DNA of 61,405 nucleotides, filler included, from Basidiobolus ranarum (Eukaryota), in the NCBI GenBank assembly GCA_040143965.1. It is 12 parts of 12 records of this genome, joined end to end, with 100 filler letters (N's around TTAATTAATTAA, not from the genome) between each part and the next. Parts side by side here need not be neighbours in the genome. Positions count along the whole stretch, not along the records: positions 35,933 to 40,949 come from JASJQH010001740.1; positions 41,050 to 46,065 come from JASJQH010001741.1; positions 46,166 to 51,180 come from JASJQH010001742.1; 9 more parts are not named here. The stretch is one strand, 5' to 3'. A program made the translations under genes and the position numbers. The notes beneath the pieces are model-generated. The model saw only the letters and a program-made list of their open reading frames with translations. It had not been told where the DNA came from and did no database searches. Below are positions 36,409 through 50,165 of the stretch, piece by piece. The first letter of the stretch is position 1. The number at the start of each line of letters is the position of its first letter.

Positions 36409-37945
36409 ATGTTTGCCAGACCCAAGCAGAGTAAGAATCGAGTATCTGATCGATTTTCAACTTGGTCTACACCTTCACCTACTTCTAAGATAAACACCGC
36501 ATCAACCAGAAGTCCTCGTATAACTACTCATGTTACTAGCACCGCTAATAAAATCAAGAAAACCCCACATCCCTCTTCCCCTCAAACTACCAATCTCAGC
36601 AACTCGCCGGACGATAGAGCAAATAATAGACAAGAGCTGTTTGAAAGTTTATTGAATCACACTCATTATACTGAAAGGGAAATGTACGAAACGCTAAAGC
36701 AACTAAAAAGCTTAATCTTATCGGATGGAATACCCGACTGTGTAAGTTTTTCATGCTGTGTTTTTTTTACTTATCAAATATCTAATTCAACCACTTCCAT
36801 CTTAAGCCACGTAGTTCCAATTCGCAAACCTTGCGTTGTCGTATATGGAAAATTCTACTAGGAGTATATCAAAGTTCAGCTACTGAATATATCTCTTACA
36901 TCGAAAAGGGACGCTCCCATTTCTATGATAAAATTAGAAATGATACTTTTCGTACTTTAGCTACCGACAAACGCTTTCTTACTGATGTGGGCGAAAACAA
37001 GCTCATCCGAGTTTTGAATGCTTTTGTATGGAAACATGAAAAGAAGGGTATGCTTAATTTAACAAACATCTTTCACATTATTTTATTCTAAACGTCCGTT
37101 ATCGTATTCACAGAAAATCCTTCTGCTTATAATTGGCAATTTACTTATGTTCAAGGGATGAATGTTTTGGCCGCCCCATTTCTTTATGCCTTGCCAGAAG
37201 TAGATGCTTTTCACACTTTTGACACGTTCTTACAATACTCGTGCCCACTTTATGTGCAACCTGCGTTACAAGGAGTTCATTGTGGATTGAAGGTAATTTT
37301 GAAAGTGAAAACCTTATTTTGTCTCCTATTTTCTCAACCATTATACTAGTTACTAGATATGTGTCTCAAGATACTCGATCTGAAACTTTATACTTATCTC
37401 CGGGAGAAGAATCTCTCCGCTGAGATATACGCATTTCCATGTAAGTATACATAATATGAATAGCCTCCAACTACCCCGACTCTTATATTAACGTATGAAT
37501 CTTTACTATTTGAGCCGTCCTCACGTTTTGTGTCTGTACTCCACCTTTAAACGAAGCCATCAGACTTTGGGATTTTCTTTTGTCTTTTGGAATTCACTTG
37601 AATATTCTTTGTATTGTGGCACAACTTCAATTCATTCGTGAAGAAATCCTCGTTTCATCTAGGTACAGATCTAATTTTTTTATATTGGTGTTTAAACCCT
37701 GTTAACTCGAGTAATTTCCCAGCCCAATGAAACTTTTACGCACACTACCAGACCTTAATGCTCGTGCGATCATCACTGCCACGACACGACTAGCACGACA
37801 ATTACCGCAGGATGTGTATAGACTACTTTCGAGACATACATATGATCCTTTGGTAATAGATGAAATTATTGCGCAAAAACGGGATACTTTGCCATTTACT
37901 CAATACGATCAATTCGAGGCGGCGCCACGGATGTGTACATTATAG
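36409..37945 (+). CDS. BUB2: Bub2/Cdc16 TBC-domain GAP (mitotic exit/septation)
   Basis: KIRNDTFRTLATD, LIRVLNAF, YVQGMNVLAAPFLY, GVHCGLK, LSAEIYAF, TPPL, LWDFLLSFGIHLNILCIVAQL, PMKLLRTLPDL across GT-AG introns. Confidence 0.93.
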
Positions 37946-40262
37946 AAATTTCCATTGAAGTAATTCCCTTTTTAAAGAACTCATTTCAGTGTTGAATGTC
38001 ACCATTGGTATCCTGGTTTGCTGATCATCAAACGTGTGTTCATTATTAATGCGAGTCCTGTTCTTCACCTCCCCCTCTACTATCCTATTCATTATCATAT
38101 GTTGATTAAATTGATTCAGACATTTAATAAGAGAAGCGGAATTTCCAGAGTACATAGGCATGAAAGCAACTACGTATCGGACTGATGAGGGAGTAATCTA
38201 AACAAACAGCTCGGATGTAACTTGATTGTTGATACCAAATTCATCTAAAACTAGTGGCCTTGGTTGAAATAGAAACTATTGAAATGGAGGGGGGTTGAAT
38301 ATATAGTAGGGTCTGACTGAAACGAGTATTCGGTATAAAGAAACCAAATTCACTTCGTAGTCTTAGATATGTGATATAGTTTGGGCGTGTACTTAAGAGA
38401 GTGCACCCCGATGAACATGAACACAGGGACTAACTCAGTAAGATCATCGATAAGCAGCTGCATCACTAGGTTTATGAATGAAATGAATCATATGAGGAAG
38501 CTCAAATGGACGGTTGGACATCCTGACCGATAAATGACGATTTAGACGAAGGGGTACTGGGCATCTCCCTGGAGTTTATTGAGACGATGAGCCTTGGCTA
38601 TCCGTTCGTGACGCTCGAAGAGTGTTGAAAGCCCAGGAGATTATTCTTCAGCATCATGTCTCCATACGCATGGGTGGGTTTCTATGACAATGTCCACTAG
38701 ATATCTGAGCAGAAGGCGGTAACAGCTGTATGAGTGTATCATCGGTGGCCTTCCATTGTATTCCTTCTTCTACATATGTTTAAGAGACATGAACTCATGA
38801 TTACTAACAACCTCAGTACATTTAGTGGCAAAACCTCCGACTCTGCGGAACCAGTTTGGCCATTATTTTCGAACTAAACAACTCATCCTTAACTCTTTAC
38901 GACTCATTCAATCTTATTTCGAGATCTACCATATCGATACTGCCTTCTACAAACAATCCGACATACAAAGCGAAGAATTCTCCGAAGTATATTCTACGGA
39001 TGTGTGGATTTGACCAAGCCATATACGCTACATATGGGCTTGATTTCTACACCTCGTTTAACTTTGTTCGATTCGAAGGCATCGAGCATTCTCCTAACAA
39101 TAATGGATTATATTAAGATGATCGTGTACTTCTCTCAACGCCCATTGGTGCTCTGCCCAATTCAGATGAAGCTTATTTCAGTGGCTTCATTATACGCCCT
39201 TACACTGAAGATCAAGGTTTTGGTTGATAACGGGGCTCTGAGATATATCCAATCTTGAGATTCAGTCTGATGAATTCACACAGTCGTCCACAGAGGGATA
39301 CCTGTGCACGAATGTGCTTGGAAGGTTTCATATGTCCAAGCCAGAGAGGTGGCGAAGTTGAAAGACAGGGAGACATTGCAAGGTGATATTGTCTCAATAC
39401 AGCTTCAGAAAATGGAATGAATTATGAACGGGATGTGCCTTGCAAAAGAATGAAGTTGGGCTTTTATCCTGCATATGCATCTTTACGCTGCACGATTAGG
39501 AGGGATTAAGTATTGTTCTTTTACCAAATGAAAGAAGGGGCCGGATTCGTCAATCTGTGAGATTTGAAAGCTCAAATGAAATGGGATGTAGTATATATAC
39601 CTTGGAGAGAGCACTAGAATTCTTGGCTTCCGTTTTTTTAATATCGAATATTCCCACTAAATATTTTATTCCCCTCAACATATTTCTGATCATTCCCAAC
39701 CCTTTCGTAATTATTCTAACTAACCAGGTCTACCGTCAACAATATGCAATTGAACAAACGCCGTATTACAAGGTACGTCTAGATTCCTTACTCTTTCTTT
39801 GGCCTCATCACATCTTCCCCTCTCCCGTGACCAATCTCCCTACTTCCCATGACTCCCTTCGATATTTCACATTTTGTCATTCCCGTCGACGGGAAGAAGA
39901 TAGTTTGACCTGTATAGCGGTTTTCAAACTCCATCCGCGCGAATGGGAGAAGGAGGGAGGGGGGAATTCATAAAATGGGCAAATTCAAGCCATTTGGAAA
40001 ACTGATATTGGTTAGAAAAGAAAGGGATGGAGTCCGCATATAGTTAAGAATAGGTTACTAGAAAAGATTGTTACCTCGGGTTGGTTCAAGTGAGTTGGGT
40101 TTTACCTTCCCTTCCCTTCCTCTCCTCCCCTCCTTCTCCTCAAACCCTACATCAATTTCTTGGATGATCTCCTTTCCAGAACAGATATAGTTTGGGGAGG
40201 CCGATTTTTCTCATTATCTACCATACATTTATTCATTGAGGCTCAAAGAACTTTCTGTTTGT

Positions 40263-40949
40263 ATGTGTAAGATTGACTTTCATTCAATTCATTCATCTTC
40301 TTTCTCTCAAAGCTCTGCTGCTTCTGATGGGATGTTGTATCGGATCACTTGCCGTGCCAATGAGCTCTTTGAACGTCACTGTTACAAAGAGGCAATTACT
40401 GAATACACTCGAGCCTTGATCAAATCCAAGCCGGCTATTGATGAGACAGGTGCTACAGATTTCATAGCGCTGATATTTGCCAACAGATCAGGAGCGTACT
40501 GCATGTTACGACAATTTGAAGAGGCCTACAAAGACGCAGAGATCGTGATAAGACTAAAGCCAGAGTGGAGTCAAGTAGGCGAATATTCCTATAACTTTGT
40601 GCTAACATTCCCCTCCTAACCGCCATCCTTTCACAATAGGGTTATTTCCGAGCTGGTGAGTCTTTATTAGGTCTAAGGAGATATAAGGAAGCATGCCTCA
40701 GCTATGAGAAAACCCTTATTCTGGTAAGATTGACGGTACACATCCCTCCTTTTGTCTCTTTTCATTCAACTTTTCCCTTTTCAGGACCCAAAATGTCAAG
40801 AAGCCCGACTAAACCTACTACGCTCTCGCTTCCATAAAGAAAATGGTGAAATGGGTACATAACACCTGATGGTTGCATTAAACTTGGAGTTACTCACATC
40901 TTTCCAATGATATTAGGTATAGGGATCTTTCAATTATTACCAGGACGTG
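40263..40949 (+). CDS. TPR-repeat protein, 5' part (cut by contig end)
   Basis: ANELFERHCYKEAITEYTRAL, FANRSGAY, EEAYKDAEIVIRLKPEWSQ|GYFRAGESLLGL; several GT-AG introns. Confidence 0.85.
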
Positions 40950-41049
40950 NNNNNNNNNNNNNNNNNNNNNNNNNNNNNNNNNNNNNNNNNNNNTTAATTA
41001 ATTAANNNNNNNNNNNNNNNNNNNNNNNNNNNNNNNNNNNNNNNNNNNN

Positions 41050-43624
41050 CTCTTCTTCAACAATTTCCGAAACAACGAAACTGAATTCAGGTTTCCCTTT
41101 GATCTTTGTATACACCTCCGGGGTAAGAGAGGTGGGAAATTCCCTTCCTCGCGCTCTGATACACAATCTCCTGTACCAATGACGGAAGACAGAGCTGTGA
41201 CGACAAGTACTCTGACAAGTGAAAACAAATTAGAGCACGAATCTAAAAGAGATCCACTTTCCTCTGAAAAACAAAAGCAAAGTAGAGATAGCTCCATCAC
41301 TAAACAAACTTCTCATCCAAAAGACGAAACTCGAAAGAGACAAGAGGATCAGAGTTTAACTGTCACCAATGATATTACTTCAAATGGAGATGGCCGTTTC
41401 GATCATATGAGAACCATTGAACGTGGACGGGGTAGGGGAAGAGGTCGTGGTCGTGGAAGGGGTAGAGGTAGAGTAGAAGATGATCTAAGGTATCAGCGTC
41501 CATTCGTTAGAAGGTATGTGCAAAGCCGCTCGTAGATAGTTGAATCTCTATTTCCCTTGATTATTGCACTTTCTAATATCAATTTCATTTAGGGATAGCT
41601 GGGATTCTAGGCCTCCCAGAAGTCATGACAGATGGAAGCAAAATGAATCTGAAGAAGTTCCGACAGATAAGCAATATTACAAAGCCGAGGAGGTCACAGA
41701 TCCCCAAACGCAACGGGCCTCATCAGAAAGAAAACATCAAGAATTCCAGCCAGCGCATAACCCTCAGAAAGATAAATTTGTCCGTAATGCGAAGGTAAGT
41801 TTCAGATCTTCTAAGCTTTTATTTAAGCAAGGGTATTGACTCCGTTCCATAGGGAAACAACTCCAAGCCTATGGCTCCATCATATCACAACTCCAGAGAT
41901 GGACTAAGGAGATATGACCCTAGCCCGGAAGAAGATGGATCTTCTGTAGGTAGTAGTAAGCCCTCTAAAACCAGCAAGCGTAAACAAAAAAATCAGAAAT
42001 TCCAAGATTCCCTCCCACCAAACAAAGCGAAGGACAGTTCCGAATCGATATCCGCTGGCAGAACACAAGGATCTGTACCCAATCATACTCCCAACCACGA
42101 GCGTTCAAAACCCAAGGCTAGCTTGAAACTCGAACATAAGCCTGAGTCGGATTCTGAGCTCAGAACTAAAGTGAAAGAATCCCACCGCAATGTCACTAAA
42201 TCTGACTCCGAAATTCAGTCCAAAAGTGAAGCTATTGAAAGCAAATCGGAGCCTGATTCTCAAACTGTTTCATTCGATAATACTTCACAACACAATCCCT
42301 CCCTCGAGAAAGCAGAGTCCAGCTTGAAGCAAACAATAGATCCTAATATGAATGCTCCTCCATCCGATAGTGGATTTTCGCCCGACCGGAGAATGTGGAA
42401 CTCCGATTTGGACAGAAGTACGGGACCCCATCCGCACTCTCGTCATGAAGGTCCTATGACCGGAGCTTCCAATGCACCACTTCCCTATGAAGGATACTCA
42501 AATCAATATAGAAATGACCACTACCGCGGCACCGGAAGAGGCCGGTATCCTCGCCGGGCAAGAGGCGGCTACGGCAGGGGATTCGCCCGTGGTGGGCATA
42601 ACCAAACCGGTCGTGGAGGTCCAATAGGTAAACTATTATTTACATCATTTCTATCTACAAGCTAGGTCAGATAATAAGCTCTTTTTGTTTATTTACGTAG
42701 AACGTCGTCTTTCCAGCGCCACAACCAACTCCGAAGCCGGAACTAATGATGGTAAAGACTCGGATACTGCTTGAAGTTTAATCTGATCCTTTTCTTACCT
42801 ATAACTACAATATAACAGATCTTCTCAATGGTGTAGCCCCTTTCAATAACCAACCTCCTCTACCGAATGGTGCGTCTGCTTCCCAAGGATACTCACCAAT
42901 TGTACCTCAGTTCCCTGGCCCTGGCGTGACGAGTGCACCCTATGTCACCTCCGCTCCTTATGTCATTTATTACCAACAACCCGGGCCATATATTCCAAAC
43001 TCCCTTAATGCGCCACCCGAAGGTCATGCTCCAAGATATCCAGGTAAGGTTGTTTAGTATTAGATTCGACGTGACTCCTGACTAATTTTCCTGTCCTTAT
43101 TCAGCCAAAAACGGAAATCCTCGATATGATCGTGGCTCGCCTGGTCCCAATGGCTTATACACCGCTGCTGATTATCAATACGACCTACGTCAACAAATGA
43201 TGGAAAACTATCCTATGAGCCATGATATGATGTACCCGTACCCAATGCCTATCCAGCCAGAATACGCACCATATGGGTAAGCAATACTTTCCACACAATT
43301 TCAACCTTTGGAATATTTACTAAGCAACTGATTTCACGTAGCTACTATCCACCCACATCGTACATCCCTGTAGCTGTTCCGCCTCCACAAACATCCACTG
43401 CAGGTGTAGCTACTTATTACTACCCTGGTAAGGAAGACTGTACAATATGTGACGCATGATTCAATATACTAACCTCTTGATATCTGCTAGTCACCACGCC
43501 TCAACCGTATACCATGCCACCACCAAACTCTGGCTACTATCTCCCACCACCTGCACCGCAAGCGATACAGCCCAATCCAACGTCTACCCAACATTCCCAA
43601 CCTTCAGAAAAAGAGCAGCCTTGA
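41050..43624 (+). CDS. Large disordered RG/RGG- and Pro/Tyr-rich protein (probably RNA-associated), 5' end cut
   Basis: (RG)8-like run, RGG boxes and PY-rich C-terminal exons joined by GT-AG introns; stop TGA at 43622-43624. Confidence 0.7.
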
Positions 43625-44264
43625 TGTTCTTTCTTTTCCCGGATACTAGTTACCAACAAAGCCTCTTCCCAAAAAAAACCACAAAACCAACCAAAAATAC
43701 ACATTCCAATACATATTTGCTTTACTCCTTCCCTTGATTCATTTTGCTTATATAATAGCACATGTTTCTTTTATTTATTTTGAATCTTCTATTCCCTGTT
43801 GTCGTGTATTCTGAATCTTTTTTATTAGCCTTGGTTATCTTTTTGGTCGACAACCATCTTCTCACATACTCTTACCACTTGCTCCCCTCTTGTTCTTTCA
43901 TCTCCAACGCATCCCGCCACAAGTCAGTTTTTTCCGTTTCTTCTCTTCTCTTCTCTCCCTTCCCTCCTATTTCTTCAAGTGTATTTTATGATAAAAAGAC
44001 CGAACCGACGGGTCACTTCTCAATATAATGATACTTTAATATACAATGTTGGTTGACAAGTCCAATGTGCACATCTATAATACTGAGTGGGTTTATTATT
44101 TTTCGTGGTTTTGCTTCAACACTAAACACTTAAAATACATATAGAGGATGTTGAGGAAAGGGAAGGGTGCAAATACCATGGATACAAAGGATGGAACAGG
44201 TGTAAGTTATCAAAAAGAATAAACATGAAGTGCGATCAGACAATGATATAATAGTATCGACCGA

Positions 44265-45051
44265 TCAATCACTATCTTCTGAATGATCACTATCATCAGA
44301 AGAGATAGGTTCTTCACCACTCAATTCGGATTCTTCATCATCTTCATCCATATCTTCTTCACTCTAGATCCCAAACCATTTCCATTAGTATGTAGGCTCA
44401 GTTGGAGATGGGAATTCATTAACTTACCTCTAATTCATCGGCTTGAAGCTCATCGGCATCTCCTACAAGATCCACCATATCCTCGTCGGAGATGTTATCT
44501 TCAGAATCGGCTCTTTCAGCATATACTGGGACGGAATCTTCGTCTTCTTCGTCACTAGAATCCCCGTTTCTGATTTCGATTTGAGAGTTCACCATTTCTA
44601 ACCGACCGGAAAGATTTAAGAGACGTTTGTAACTTGTGGAGTGTTGGTCAACACTTTTATAAAAGTTACTCATTCTTTTGACAACCTCTGGAATCTATGG
44701 AAAAACGCGCTACAGTTAATACATTATTCTACAGGCTTCGGATTTATCATAAACACTAATACATACGGTCATCAAAAAACTGTTGTGAACGAGTAAGACC
44801 GCCTTTATCCACCGTAAGTTGACACTGTTGCGGTTAGGGGCCAACTGGAACTGAGACACTAAGGTATCCAAAAAGGGAACCACATAGGTGGAGGGTAAAC
44901 GCTGAACTGAAGTGAGGGCTACTTCAGGGCTTACTTCAGCTAAACTGGTCTCCAAAAGCTTGATGTTATTACTATGAAGTGCTTTCACTAAAACCGACAC
45001 TATTGAGCTACTACTCTTCATATCAACTTTCGACTGTGTTGTGGAAACCAT
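44265..45051 (-). CDS. Utp12-domain SSU processome protein (Utp5/WDR43 C-terminal-like)
   Basis: VLVKALHSNNIKLLE, SVQRLP, LRWIKAVLLVH, LLNLSGRLEMV, acidic tail; two introns. Confidence 0.85.
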
Positions 45052-45551
45052 TATTAATTAGTCTAGTAAAAAGGTGTCTTATTTTCGTCGTTATTGGTCC
45101 ACTAAAGAAATATTGAAAGAGGAACTGAATTGTTTACTTCAGACTGGCTATCAGTAGGTCAATTTTCCATGAAGAAAAAGCTGCTTCTCAATTGAAAAAA
45201 AAGAACAAAAAAAAATTCCCATCTTTCCCTTTCAATGCAGTCTTATATTCCAAGTTGCCTAAAAAATCCGAATTAAATATATACAACTTTGATTGATTAT
45301 TTGTTTAGAATTTGAATTCTAAATAAATGATAAATGCTAATGACAGGTAGCCATGATATTAACTTTCACCATGGATTCAACAGTGGGTCATCAACCATTT
45401 TCCAAAATAAGTATGTCCATGAATGCTATGATTCATGATATGAAATTGATATTCAATCGCATATATACAATACGTCTTGGAAGTCAACCACCAATAATAA
45501 TACATAGTTGTAAGAGTATATTTTCTTTTGGCAGCTACCTTGTAAACTGAA

Positions 45552-46065
45552 ATGGACAATATTACGAACGTAAATTTAACAAAGTTCAACCCACTTTCTC
45601 AAAAGCTCAATAAGGTTCTATCCTCAAATTTGGATGACCCTAAAGAAAAGTTGGCTCTTGAAGCTTTATCGGAATTTTACCTTCAAAACACTCTAGAGGC
45701 TCGTCGAAGCCTTCGTGGTGACATTGAGAAACGTTCACTTTCCATCAACAAACGTTTCCTAGAGGCTTTTGGCCACGTCAATAAGGTAGAAATGCGCGAG
45801 GAACCCTTGTTAGCACATTGTAATAAACTCATACCCTTTAAGGCTGACGTATTTACTTTCTTGCGATTCATATTGTAGGAAATTGAAAAAATAGAGTCAG
45901 AATTAAAAGATATCAGCACTTCTTGCGCTGAAATTCAAAATGAAGTGAATATAACTAAGAGTAAAACGGCCCATCTTCTCGAGAAGACTGATGCTCTCAA
46001 GTCAGAAAGGTACTAATTCTATTATTTTTCATTTATAAATAGCCTATCTTTCTTAAGCTAACTAC
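45552..46065 (+). CDS. COG6: Conserved oligomeric Golgi complex subunit 6, 5' part
   Basis: NPLSQKLNKVL, ALEALSEFY, NTLEARRSLRGDIEKRSLSINKRFLEAF. Confidence 0.9.
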
Positions 46066-46165
46066 NNNNNNNNNNNNNNNNNNNNNNNNNNNNNNNNNNN
46101 NNNNNNNNNTTAATTAATTAANNNNNNNNNNNNNNNNNNNNNNNNNNNNNNNNNNNNNNNNNNNN

Positions 46166-46276
46166 TGGAATAATTCGCACATCTAGAATCCCGCTGCGAT
46201 ATCTGAGCCATTAGACATACAGTAGACTACACTGTTGGCTCGACTAATACACCACACAAACCAACTTGGAGTCGTT
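46166..46276 (+). repeat. 111-bp exact terminal direct repeat, left copy
   Basis: Identical to 51070-51180. Confidence 0.97.
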
Positions 46277-48251
46277 TGGTCACATTCTTCTGATATCTAA
46301 GATGTATAGTCCATTCGCATGCTTTGAAGTCAAATTGAAATATATTTGCCCATTATCACATAGCTCTAGAGCAAAGGCTTGCAATGTTCACCATCCGCCA
46401 CACCGGATGTTGAGAAAATTTATAAATAGATTCTTTAACAAGAAACATTGCATACCAATTAGTCTCACCAGTTTGAAAGTCGTCCGCAAGGTGACTCCTA
46501 GTTGATCTTGGAAGCCAGTTCGAGAGGTGATTCAATCTCAATCCGGATCTCCATTTCTATATTTGTAAGGCAAAAATGGATTGAAAAGGCTGAAGGAAAA
46601 GCCTAATCACATATACAGCCAGGTTGGTTGCACGGATGAATCACTTTGGAACGTAGGATCCAGGGTTGAAGAACGTTCATTGTATTCAACAGCCAAGTAG
46701 AGGGCGAGCAATCTGGCTTGGGAAGAATACTTCTTTCAGAATTTCAGGGTAACTTAGAACCAAAGCCCCCCAATAGGATGGCAATCTCTTACAAGGCACG
46801 GTCGTATATCGTCCAAATGCATAGCAAAATGGAGCCACATGACAAATCATTAGTATCACTCGTCTACGACTGACTTTGTTGCGAATGGGATCACTGAATC
46901 TGATCAGAATAGATCGAGTATCTTTATGGGCAACATGGCGAATATGACCCCCTATGTCCAAATCAAACCTTGTCACATAACGTCATGGTTGACTTGGTTA
47001 TCCATGAAGTTTCAATTATTGAAACGGACAGAAGGAAAATGGAATGATACGTCTTGGGCTCATTGTGATTGAACCGAGGAGACCCGCCATGTTACATAAA
47101 TACTAACCAATAGGAGTCGAAGCTTGCGAAAGTGATCACTATTTGTTTAGAATTGTTTCGTCTTTTCCAATATAGAAAAACGCCACACGCTTGTTGTAGA
47201 CGAGTTTCTGATTGGCTAAACACCAGAGCTTTTCCATAGGCGATTGTTTCCTACTGTTCTCTTGGCTACCGCATTTTAATCGGCTTTGGAATACAATTCA
47301 GGAAAGCCAACTATCGATCAGTGTTGATAGTCCCTTGGTGAAAATCATCGTGATGTTTATTGGCTGCTGAAATCAAAAGTATTTCGGTGAGTGTGACTTT
47401 TTACTCCAGATTCACACTCTGAAAGTTCAGCTCATAGCCGTGTTGCAATACAACAAGTCATGTAGTTGGTAAATGCAAATCATAATCTGATGATATTTTC
47501 GTGTCTGCTTATGCTGGCTTGAGTACATCAGAGTTACTCGTACTAACGAAATCGAAGGGCACTACAAATGAAACCAACTCTGATTCTCTATCGCCATCGT
47601 TGTTTACGAATGATAATATGTACCACACTAAATTCATCTCGTAAGCATAAGCCACAATGGCTCAAGTGAACAGCTATGCAATTTTTCAATCCGAAATCTA
47701 ATCAGATATTCAGTATATTGAATGTCCAAGCCAACCCGAGCCATTACCAAATATAGATCGTTGGATGCCAACTTTTAAGAGTGTTATCTTTGAGGAAAAT
47801 GTTGTGGTAGATGATTCGACTTGCTCAGTATCTACAACTCTTTTCGCCACAAATAGAAATATGTCTTTCACATTACGATTGATAAAATCTTCACCAACAA
47901 TAGGCATGTAACTCAAAGAGTGAACTTAAAGTATTGGCCTTGACTGTACCACAGTTGACTGTTGCGCCTACCTACAAGCACATATCAGCAGGCAGCAGAT
48001 GTGCCCTTCAGTTTCCGGTTTTACACCTATGTTTCATGATGAGACTCAGGCATATTTTGTGTATGTTTCTTTTCCTATAAACCTTAATAAGATGTACTAA
48101 TATATATCGCTACACTTGCAAGTAAACTCGTTTGGTAAATTTGGCCAATTAATTTAAATAAACAAAATTGGGTAGGTGAGATGACTTCCGACTTTATTAA
48201 ATTAATTCTCAAAACATTTCCTCCAAGATAGAAGCCTCACTAATTGAATAC

Positions 48252-49610
48252 TTAGCAGTTACGAGGGTTACGCGCACACCACAACGGTTGCATGGGCTCG
48301 GCTCCAATGCCACGGTCAACCAACCGAGCTCTTTGCTCATGTATACGTGGGAAAACATCGCCAGTCTTACGAATGCTTCCATCTGAAAGCTTGATACCGG
48401 ACCACATCACCTCGGCAGCAGCAGCTCCGCGAGGCCACAAGACAGTATCGATATTGATTCCGTCCACTTGCTCTCCCCATACTCCAACTTCACCACCAAG
48501 AACAAGCTTGGACTCCTCTTTAGTCATGTTAGCTGTGAGGTCATAGTTATACACAACTTGCCAGCTCTTAAAAGGATCGCACCAAGAATTACCCAGACTG
48601 TCGCTAAGCCAGCTACCATGACCACAGTCAAGATACCACTTCTCGTAGCTGCTCGCAATCAGCCTGTGACCAGCACGGACAACCTTTAAAGCATCAGCAG
48701 CACCAAGCCACACCTGGACAGCAACATCTTTACCCATGGGGATATGGTGACTGGTGAGAGCCTCCTGCCAAGTAATCGGAGTTTTTTTGTTCTCACGGAC
48801 CCATCTGTGACTCTTCACGACGAATTCCTCAAGAAGATGATCCATGGTGGTATTGTGACTACGGAGGTATTCAGGGTATCCAGGTGAAGACTCCCAGCAT
48901 TTGAAGTTGACTTCATCGCCACCAATATGAATGAACTCATCGTCAAACCATGTGGCTACTTCTTTGAGGAAGTTACGAACAATAACATCGGTTTGAGGGT
49001 TGATGATGTTAAGCTGACCACTGGGTGGTTCAGCAGCATGATCACTCCAATTGGGCTGAGTGTTCATACAAGAGACGATTTCAGGGAAAGCAAGGCCCCA
49101 TGTATAAGCATGTCCAGGGATATCAAACTCTGGAACTACACGAATACCACGGTCCTTGGCATATTCTACAATGTTGCGAACGTCCCTCTCTGTATACACC
49201 CAGCTCCTGCTATATGCTCCCTTCTCAGCCAGTTGGGGATAAGTCTTAGTCTTGAGGGGGAAACTATGCTGGTCGATGATATGCCAATGGAGGACGTTGA
49301 GTTTATTGAAGGACATGGCATCCAGGGTACGCTTGATATCTTCAACCTTGAGAAAGTTGCGGGATGAGTCGATCATGACACCACGATGAGGGAATGCAGG
49401 TTTGTCAGAGATGGAGACTGGGGCTAATGGGATGCGGAATTGATCCGTTTCATCAGTCCACTTGGCCAACTGGGAGAATGATTCGAGACCACGAAGTGCT
49501 CCATATACACTCTTGGCCTTTATGGTTGCCTGACCACCGTGAGCAGGGACGTCAAGAGTGTACGACTCATAGGTGTCAAGATCAAGCCTAATGTCACTGC
49601 CACTCGTGAG
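48252..49610 (-). CDS. GH20 beta-N-acetylhexosaminidase, catalytic domain intact, N-terminus not found
   Basis: ESYTL, YGALRGLESFSQL, HRGVMIDSSRNF, KLNVLHWH, PEFDIPGH, HIGGDEV, WYLDCGHG, LGGEVGVWGE, WPR, QPLWC. Upstream of the TTG ORF start the frame stays open to ~49615, with no ATG or signal exon found. Confidence 0.9.
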   Translation of the reverse strand, partial: LTSGSDIRLDLDTYESYTLDVPAHGGQATIKAKSVYGALRGLESFSQLAKWTDETDQFRIPLAPVSISDKPAFPHRGVMIDSSRNFLKVEDIKRTLDAMSFNKLNVLHWHIIDQHSFPLKTKTYPQLAEKGAYSRSWVYTERDVRNIVEYAKDRGIRVVPEFDIPGHAYTWGLAFPEIVSCMNTQPNWSDHAAEPPSGQLNIINPQTDVIVRNFLKEVATWFDDEFIHIGGDEVNFKCWESSPGYPEYLRSHNTTMDHLLEEFVVKSHRWVRENKKTPITWQEALTSHHIPMGKDVAVQVWLGAADALKVVRAGHRLIASSYEKWYLDCGHGSWLSDSLGNSWCDPFKSWQVVYNYDLTANMTKEESKLVLGGEVGVWGEQVDGINIDTVLWPRGAAAAEVMWSGIKLSDGSIRKTGDVFPRIHEQRARLVDRGIGAEPMQPLWCARNPRNC

Positions 49611-50165
49611 GTTTAAATGCAGTCAGCATAAAAAAAGTAGATGATTTTGAATATTTGACTTGACAATTCTATGCAGTAACCGAGTATTTCGATATTTGTA
49701 TTACAAGTATTATCATTATCTGAGATTGAAATATTTTCTTATTTTAGGAATATCCTGTTAGTGCGTTTAACGGCTTTCAAATGGGTATCTAAAGTAGTAC
49801 TGAAACTTTGGAAAAGACTATAAAAATGAGTTTCCTGTATTTTCTCAAAGGCCGGTATCCAATCTGAATCCCTCTAGAAGTACTAGCTGACGGTTACACT
49901 CACCTAAGTTTGGCTCAGATATTGATTCCTTTCCAAAGCAGTGATGCTTTTTTGGGATCATTTGATATCAGAAATGTAGTTTCTAGCAACCAAAGTTAAT
50001 CTTGCATCTGGCCTAAGGATCAGGCTTGCAATGGATATTTATTGAAATGAAATGAAATGAAATTTTTTAGGAGGTATTGAAAAATTGGTATAGATACAAA
50101 GTTAACAGGAACATCAATATTCAAGAATCGAAATAGAATGTACACTCGCAAAGCTTTTGGTATGT

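Noticed and set aside
25683-49610. Apparent chitin-utilisation supercluster (chitinase, LysM, deacetylase, hexosaminidase)
   Set aside because: The genes lie on three different contigs joined by artificial spacers; only the chitinase and LysM genes are physically linked.
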